Source of the DNA: a virus
Lineage: Duplodnaviria; Heunggongvirae; Uroviricota; Caudoviricetes
Direction: 5' to 3' (one strand)
IMG/VR virus record: IMGVR_UViG_2534681773_000029
Length of the DNA stretch: 32,438 bases
Shown here: one piece after another, positions 26,904 to 32,438 of the stretch
Numbering within the stretch: the stretch's first letter is position 1
Layout of the letters: every line of letters starts with the position of its first letter
Notes under the pieces: model-generated
What the model saw: only the letters and a program-made list of their open reading frames with translations
Told to the model about the DNA's origin: nothing
The model's database searches: none
Translations under genes and position numbers: made by a program

Positions 26904-29343
26904 CAATGTAAAATTACAGGTATTGCTCAGGGCTGTTGACCAGGCATCCCGCCCGTTTAAATCCATCCGCACAGCGAGCAAATCGCTGTCGGGGGATATC
27001 CGGGAAACACAAAAATCACTGCGCGAGCTGAACGGTCAGGCATCCCGTATTGAGGGATTCCGCAAGACCAGTGCACAGCTCGCCGTGACTGGTCATGCAC
27101 TTGAAAAGGCTCGGCAGGAGGCCGAAGCCCTTGCCACACAGTTTAAAAATACCGAACGTCCGACACGTGCTCAGGCGAAAGTGCTGGAATCCGCAAAGCG
27201 TGCGGCGGAGGACTTACAGGCGAAATATAACCGCCTGACGGATTCCGTTAAACGCCAGCAGCGGGAACTGGCCGCTGTGGGAATTAATACCCGCAATCTT
27301 GCACATGATGAGCAGGGACTGAAAAACCGTATCAGTGAAACCACCGCACAGCTTAACCGTCAGCGTGACGCACTAGCGCGTGTCAGTGCACAACAGGCAA
27401 AACTTAACGCAGTAAAACAGCGTTATCAGGCCGGAAAGGAGCTGGCCGGAAATATGGCCTCAGTGGGCGCTGCCGGTGTGGGGATTGCGGCGGCGGGAAC
27501 GATGGCCGGTGTTAAGCTGCTGATGCCCGGTTATGAGTTTGCGCAGAAAAACTCAGAATTGCAGGCCGTGCTAGGTGTGGCAAAAGACTCCGCCGAAATG
27601 GCCGCGCTCCGCAAACAGGCGCGTCAGCTTGGCGACAATACCGCCGCCTCGGCAGATGATGCAGCCGGTGCGCAGATTATTATTGCGAAAGCCGGTGGGG
27701 ATGTTGATGCCATTCAGGCGGCAACGCCGGTCACGCTGAATATGGCGCTGGCGAACCGTCGCACGATGGAAGAAAACGCCGCCCTGCTGATGGGGATGAA
27801 ATCCGCCTTTCAGCTTTCAAACGATAAGGTCGCTCATATCGGGGATGTTCTCTCCATGACGATGAACAAAACCGCCGCCGATTTTGACGGTATGAGCGAT
27901 GCGCTGACCTATGCCGCACCTGTGGCAAAAAATGCCGGTGTCAGCATTGAAGAAACCGCCGCAATGGTCGGGGCGCTGCATGATGCAAAAATCACAGGCT
28001 CAATGGCGGGGACGGGAAGCCGTGCCGTGTTAAGTCGCCTGCAGGCACCAACGGGAAAAGCATGGGATGCACTCAAAGAGCTTGGCGTGAAAACCTCAGA
28101 CAGTAAGGGGAATACCCGACCAATATTTACCATTCTGAAAGAAATGCAGGCCAGTTTTGAGAAAAACCGGCTCGGTACTGCCCAGCAGGCTGAATACATG
28201 AAAACTATTTTCGGGGAGGAGGCCAGCTCAGCCGCCGCCGTGCTGATGACTGCCGCCTCAACCGGAAAGCTGGACAAACTGACCGCTGCGTTTAAAGCCT
28301 CAGACGGGAAGACCGCCGAGCTGGTAAATATCATGCAGGACAACCTAGGCGGTGACTTTAAAGAGTTTCAGTCCGCTTATGAGGCGGTGGGGACTGACCT
28401 GTTTGACCAGCAGGAAGGCGCACTGCGTAAGCTCACGCAGACGGCCACAAAGTATGTGTTAAAACTCGACGGCTGGATCCAGAAAAACAAATCACTGGCG
28501 TCAACCATCGGCCTTATTGTCGGTGGTGCACTGGCACTGACTGGTGTCATCGGTGCCATTGGCCTCGTAGCCTGGCCGGTTATCACCGGCATCAATGCCA
28601 TCATCGCGGCAGCAGGCGCAATGGGGGCAATCTTCACGACGGTTGGCAGTGCTGTTATGACGGCCATCGGGGCGATTAGCTGGCCGGTTGTGGCCGTGGT
28701 GGCTGCAATTGTCGCCGGGGCGTTGCTTATCCGTAAATACTGGGAGCCTGTCAGCGCATTCTTTGGCGGTGTGGTTGAAGGGCTGAAGGCAGCATTTGCG
28801 CCAGTGGGGGAACTGTTCACGCCACTTAAGCCGGTGTTTGACTGGCTGGGTGAAAAGTTACAGGCCGCGTGGCAGTGGTTTAAAAACCTGATTGCCCCGG
28901 TCAAAGCTACCCAGGACACCCTGAACCGTTGCCGTGACACGGGCGTCATGTTCGGGCAGGCACTGGCTGACGCGCTGATGCTGCCGCTTAATGCGTTCAA
29001 CAAACTGCGCAGTGGTATTGACTGGGTACTGGAAAAACTCGGTGTTATCAACAAAGAGTCTGACGCACTTGACCAGACTGCCGCCAGAACTCATGCCGCC
29101 ACGTATGGCACCGGTGGGTATATTCCGGCGACCAGTTCTTATGCAGGCTATCAGGCTTATCAGCCGGTCACGGCACCGGCTGGCCGCTCTTATGTGGACC
29201 AGAGTAAAAACGAATATCACATAAGCCTGACGGGGGGGACTGCGCCGGGGACACAGCTTGACCGCCAGTTACAGGATGCGCTCGAAAAATACGAGCGGGA
29301 TAAACGTGCGCGCGCCCGTGCCAGCATGATGCATGACGGTTAA
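26896..29343 (+). CDS. T: Tail tape measure protein gpT
   Basis: 815-aa ORF, coiled-coil N-terminus and Gly/Ala-rich hydrophobic middle, matches P2 T length. Confidence 0.9.
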   Translation: MSDNVKLQVLLRAVDQASRPFKSIRTASKSLSGDIRETQKSLRELNGQASRIEGFRKTSAQLAVTGHALEKARQEAEALATQFKNTERPTRAQAKVLESAKRAAEDLQAKYNRLTDSVKRQQRELAAVGINTRNLAHDEQGLKNRISETTAQLNRQRDALARVSAQQAKLNAVKQRYQAGKELAGNMASVGAAGVGIAAAGTMAGVKLLMPGYEFAQKNSELQAVLGVAKDSAEMAALRKQARQLGDNTAASADDAAGAQIIIAKAGGDVDAIQAATPVTLNMALANRRTMEENAALLMGMKSAFQLSNDKVAHIGDVLSMTMNKTAADFDGMSDALTYAAPVAKNAGVSIEETAAMVGALHDAKITGSMAGTGSRAVLSRLQAPTGKAWDALKELGVKTSDSKGNTRPIFTILKEMQASFEKNRLGTAQQAEYMKTIFGEEASSAAAVLMTAASTGKLDKLTAAFKASDGKTAELVNIMQDNLGGDFKEFQSAYEAVGTDLFDQQEGALRKLTQTATKYVLKLDGWIQKNKSLASTIGLIVGGALALTGVIGAIGLVAWPVITGINAIIAAAGAMGAIFTTVGSAVMTAIGAISWPVVAVVAAIVAGALLIRKYWEPVSAFFGGVVEGLKAAFAPVGELFTPLKPVFDWLGEKLQAAWQWFKNLIAPVKATQDTLNRCRDTGVMFGQALADALMLPLNAFNKLRSGIDWVLEKLGVINKESDALDQTAARTHAATYGTGGYIPATSSYAGYQAYQPVTAPAGRSYVDQSKNEYHISLTGGTAPGTQLDRQLQDALEKYERDKRARARASMMHDG

Positions 29344-29357
29344 GGAGGTGACGAAAA

Positions 29358-29836
29358 ATGATGCTCGCGTTAGGTATGTTTGTTTTTATGCGCCAGACGC
29401 TGCCACACCAGACCATGCAGCGTGAATCAGATTATCGCTGGCCGTCAAATTCCCGTATCGGCAAACGGGATGCCTTTCAGTTTCTCGGTGTTGGCGAGGA
29501 AAATATCACGCTTGCCGGTGTGCTTTATCCAGAGCTGACCGGCGGCAAGCTGACGATGACCACGCTCAGGCTGATGGCTGAGGAAGGCCGGGCGTGGCCG
29601 TTGCTGGATGGCACCGGCATGATTTACGGCATGTATGTCATCAGCAGGGTGAGTGAAACAGGGAGTATTTTTTTGCAGACGGCACACCCCGGAAAATTGA
29701 TTTTACGCTGTCGCTCACCCGCGTTGATGAATCACTGGCCGCGCTTTATGGCGATATCGGTAAACAGGCGGAATCGCTCATCGGTAAGGCTGGCAGTATG
29801 GCGACTAAATTCACGGATATGACGGGGGCGGGATAA
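29358..29836 (+). pseudogene. U: Tail protein gpU, disrupted by a frameshift in a T7 homopolymer (29668-29674)
   Basis: Frame from 29358 runs into Arg/Ser-rich sequence and stops at 29822; an adjacent frame (29657..29836) encodes protein-like FADGTPRKIDFTLSLTRVDESL... and ends TAATG overlapping D. One extra T restores 159 aa. Confidence 0.6.
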
Positions 29837-30999
29837 TGCTGGATGCACTGACATTTGATGCAGGCAGTACGCTGACGCCGGATTACATGCTGATGCTCGA
29901 CAGCAGGGATATTACCGGCAATATCAGCGACCGTCTGATGAGCATGACCCTGACGGATAGTCGGGGTTTTGAGGCTGACCAGCTTGATATTGAACTGAAC
30001 GATGCCGACGGGCAGGTCGGGATGCCGGTTCGTGGTGCTGTTCTGACGGTGTATATCGGCTGGAAAGGTTTTGCCCTGGTATGCAAAGGGAAATTCACCG
30101 TTGATGAGGTTGAACACCGGGGCGTGCCGGATGTTGTCACCATCCGCGCCCGGAGTGCAGATTTTCGCGGGACGCTCAATTCCCGCCGGGAAGGCTCCTG
30201 GCATGACACCACGCTCGGTGCGATTGTTGAGGCGATAGCCACCCGTAACAGGCTGGAAGCCAGTGTCGCTCCGTCACTGGCCGAAATAAAAATTCCACAC
30301 ATCGACCAGTCGCAGGAGTCTGATGCGAAATTCCTGACCCGTCTTGCAGAACGCAACGGCGGTGAGGTGTCGGTAAAAATGGGAAAACTGTTGTTTCTCA
30401 AAGCGGGGCAGGGAGTGACGGCCAGCGGTAAAAAAATCCCGCAGGTCACCATAACCCGCAGCGACGGCGACCGCCATCATTTTGCGATTGCTGACCGTGG
30501 AGCCTACACCGGTGTAACGGCAAAATGGCTACACACTAAAGACCCGAAGCCGCAAAAGCAGAAGGTAAAACTGAAACGCAAAAAGAAAGAGAAACACCTG
30601 CGTGCACTGGAGCACCCGAAAGCGAAACCGGTCAGGCAGAAGAAAGCGCCAAAAGTACCGGAAGCGCGCGAAGGTGAATACATGGCCGGTGAGGCTGACA
30701 ACGTTTTTGCCCTGACCACGGTATATGCCACGAAAGCGCAGGCCATGCGCGCCGCTCAGGCGAAGTGGGACAAACTGCAACGGGGTGTGGCGGAGTTCTC
30801 CATCAGCCTGGCTACCGGTCGGGCAGATATTTACACGGAAACGCCGGTCAAAGTGTCAGGCTTTAAGCGCGTCATAGACGAGCAGGACTGGACAATCACT
30901 AAGGTGACACATTTTCTGAATAATAGCGGCTTCACGACGTCCTTGGAGCTTGAGGTCAGGCTTTCCGATGTGGAGTACGAAACAGAAGATGATGAGTGA
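29836..30999 (+). CDS. D: Tail protein gpD
   Basis: 387-aa ORF, matches P2 D length; start overlaps the restored U stop. Confidence 0.9.
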   Translation: MLDALTFDAGSTLTPDYMLMLDSRDITGNISDRLMSMTLTDSRGFEADQLDIELNDADGQVGMPVRGAVLTVYIGWKGFALVCKGKFTVDEVEHRGVPDVVTIRARSADFRGTLNSRREGSWHDTTLGAIVEAIATRNRLEASVAPSLAEIKIPHIDQSQESDAKFLTRLAERNGGEVSVKMGKLLFLKAGQGVTASGKKIPQVTITRSDGDRHHFAIADRGAYTGVTAKWLHTKDPKPQKQKVKLKRKKKEKHLRALEHPKAKPVRQKKAPKVPEAREGEYMAGEADNVFALTTVYATKAQAMRAAQAKWDKLQRGVAEFSISLATGRADIYTETPVKVSGFKRVIDEQDWTITKVTHFLNNSGFTTSLELEVRLSDVEYETEDDE

Positions 31000-31080
31000 T
31001 ATGATTTGTTTATCCGTTTGTTTTATAAGGATAAATTAACTAAAATGGCATCATCAACAAAACCGGAAGAGGTGCTCGCG

Positions 31081-31299
31081 ATGTTTCATTGTCCTTTATG
31101 CCAGCATGCCGCACATGCGCGTACAAGTCGCTATATCACTGACACGACAAAAGAGCGTTATCACCAGTGCCAGAACGTGAATTGCAGCGCCACGTTCATC
31201 ACTTATGAGTCGGTACAGCGATACATCGTGAAGCCGGGAGAAGTCCACGCCGTGAGGCCGCACCCGTTGCCGTCAGGGCAGCAAATTATGTGGATGTGA
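31081..31299 (+). CDS. ogr: Late-gene transcriptional activator Ogr (zinc finger)
   Basis: ATG at 31081 (MFHCPLCQHAAHARTSRY...CQNVNC) with GAGG SD gives 72 aa, matching P2 Ogr; the track start at 31006 is an upstream extension. Confidence 0.9.
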   Translation: MFHCPLCQHAAHARTSRYITDTTKERYHQCQNVNCSATFITYESVQRYIVKPGEVHAVRPHPLPSGQQIMWM

Positions 31300-31309
31300 T
31301 CACAAAAAT

Positions 31310-31337
31310 AGCCCCTCAGTTGAGGGGCTTTATTTAT
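31310..31337 (+). terminator. ogr terminator hairpin; probable prophage right attachment region
   Basis: AGCCCCTCA-GT-TGAGGGGCT followed by TTATTTAT; in P2 the att core overlaps the ogr terminator. The exact core cannot be fixed without the left junction. Confidence 0.5.
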
Positions 31338-31427
31338 GGTCGATGTGGACGCTATGTGGACAGTGCTTGATATAAATCCATTTATATCATCAGGTTAGGT
31401 GCTTTTTTGTGACACCATCCCTGTCTT

Positions 31428-31454
31428 CCCCCACATGATGTGGGGGTTTTTTTT
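31428..31454 (+). terminator. Intrinsic terminator (CCCCCAC-ATGAT-GTGGGGG then T8), probably host, upstream of fieF
   Basis: Read directly; likely terminator of the host gene upstream of fieF. Confidence 0.55.
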
Positions 31455-31535
31455 ATCCTCAATTTGCCTGCTGCTTAATGCATTGCAGATGATTTGCTTC
31501 CGTTATACTAGCGTCAGTTGATAGCGGGAGTATTT

Positions 31536-32438
31536 ATGAATCAATCTTATGGACGGCTGGTCAGTCGGGCGGCGATTGCTGCGACGGCGATGGCTTCGTT
31601 GCTATTGCTGATTAAAATTTTTGCATGGTGGTATACCGGGTCGGTGAGTATTCTCGCCGCGCTGGTGGATTCGCTGGTGGATATCGGCGCGTCGTTGACG
31701 AATTTACTGGTGGTGCGATATTCCCTGCAACCTGCCGACGATAATCACTCGTTTGGTCACGGTAAAGCAGAGTCCCTCGCGGCGCTGGCGCAAAGTATGT
31801 TTATCTCCGGTTCGGCACTATTCCTGTTTTTGACGGGTATTCAACATCTGATATCTCCAACACCGATGACAGATCCAGGCGTCGGGGTTATCGTGACAAT
31901 TGTGGCGCTAATTTGTACGATTATCCTTGTCTCGTTTCAGCGTTGGGTGGTGCGCCGGACGCAAAGCCAGGCGGTGCGGGCTGATATGCTACATTACCAG
32001 TCTGATGTTATGATGAACGGCGCAATTCTGCTGGCGCTGGGGTTGTCCTGGTACGGCTGGCATCGCGCCGATGCTCTGTTTGCATTGGGAATCGGCATCT
32101 ATATTTTATATAGCGCGTTACGCATGGGATATGAGGCGGTACAGTCATTACTGGATCGCGCATTGCCTGATGAGGAACGGCAAGAAATTATTGATATCGT
32201 GACTTCCTGGCCGGGTGTTAGCGGCGCTCACGATCTTCGCACGCGGCAGTCAGGGCCGACCCGCTTTATTCAGATTCATTTGGAAATGGAAGACTCTCTG
32301 CCTTTGGTTCAGGCACATATGGTGGCGGATCAGGTAGAGCAGGCTATTTTACGGCGTTTTCCGGGATCGGATGTAATTATCCATCAGGACCCCTGTTCCG
32401 TCGTACCCAGGGAGGGTAAACGGTCTATGCTTTCATAA
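31536..32438 (+). CDS. fieF: Cation-diffusion-facilitator Fe/Zn efflux transporter FieF (YiiP)
   Basis: 300-aa product [36 protein letters not shown]... recognised as enterobacterial FieF; ATG at 31536 with GGGAG SD (track start 31518 is a TTG extension). Confidence 0.9.

Noticed and set aside
12852-31000. Antisense and alternate-frame ORFs throughout the late operons (for example 14630..15229, 18514..19062, 20263..20874, 28377..29054, 29883..30452)
   Set aside because: They are embedded in syntenic, length-matched structural genes and have Arg/Ser/Pro-rich composition typical of out-of-frame translation.
31006-31080. N-terminal extension of ogr (track start 31006)
   Set aside because: The ATG at 31081 gives the 72-aa Ogr with the zinc-finger N-terminus MFHCPLC and has a proper SD.
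1-32438. CRISPR arrays, tRNA or rRNA genes, IS elements
   Set aside because: No regularly spaced direct repeats, no cloverleaf-like tRNA candidates next to the junction, and no transposase-like ORFs or terminal inverted repeats were seen.

Overview
Almost the whole window (1 to ~31,400) is a P2-type temperate myophage prophage in integrated gene order: int, C, cox, early operon with B and A, a variable cargo island, cos, then the late genes Q P / O N M L X Y K lysA lysB lysC R S / V W J I H G / FI FII E E' T U D and ogr. The right end abuts the host gene fieF (31536..32438); the left junction lies outside the window, which starts at the int stop codon. Protein lengths and N-termini match my recollection of phage P2 closely, so family assignments rest on sequence recognition plus synteny; no search was run. 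Two loci differ from canonical P2. (1) The A-to-cos slot (5776..9324), where P2 carries tin/old, is a visibly AT-rich island holding an ImmA/IrrE-type HEXXH metallopeptidase, a predicted two-helix membrane protein, an unrecognised ~280-310 aa protein on the opposite strand, and a candidate small hydrophobic peptide with a possible antisense sRNA. This is the best candidate for an undescribed accessory or anti-phage system. (2) The G-to-FI slot holds a Gin/Hin/Cin/Pin-type serine invertase with a ~1.9 kb invertible tail-fibre segment bounded by 26-bp inverted crossover sites. Homopolymer-associated frame disruptions are seen in U and at the Q 5' end, and possibly in the island gene; these could be sequencing errors or real decay. 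The E/E' programmed -1 frameshift and lysC embedded in lysB are conserved architecture. No tRNA, rRNA, CRISPR array or IS element was recognised.
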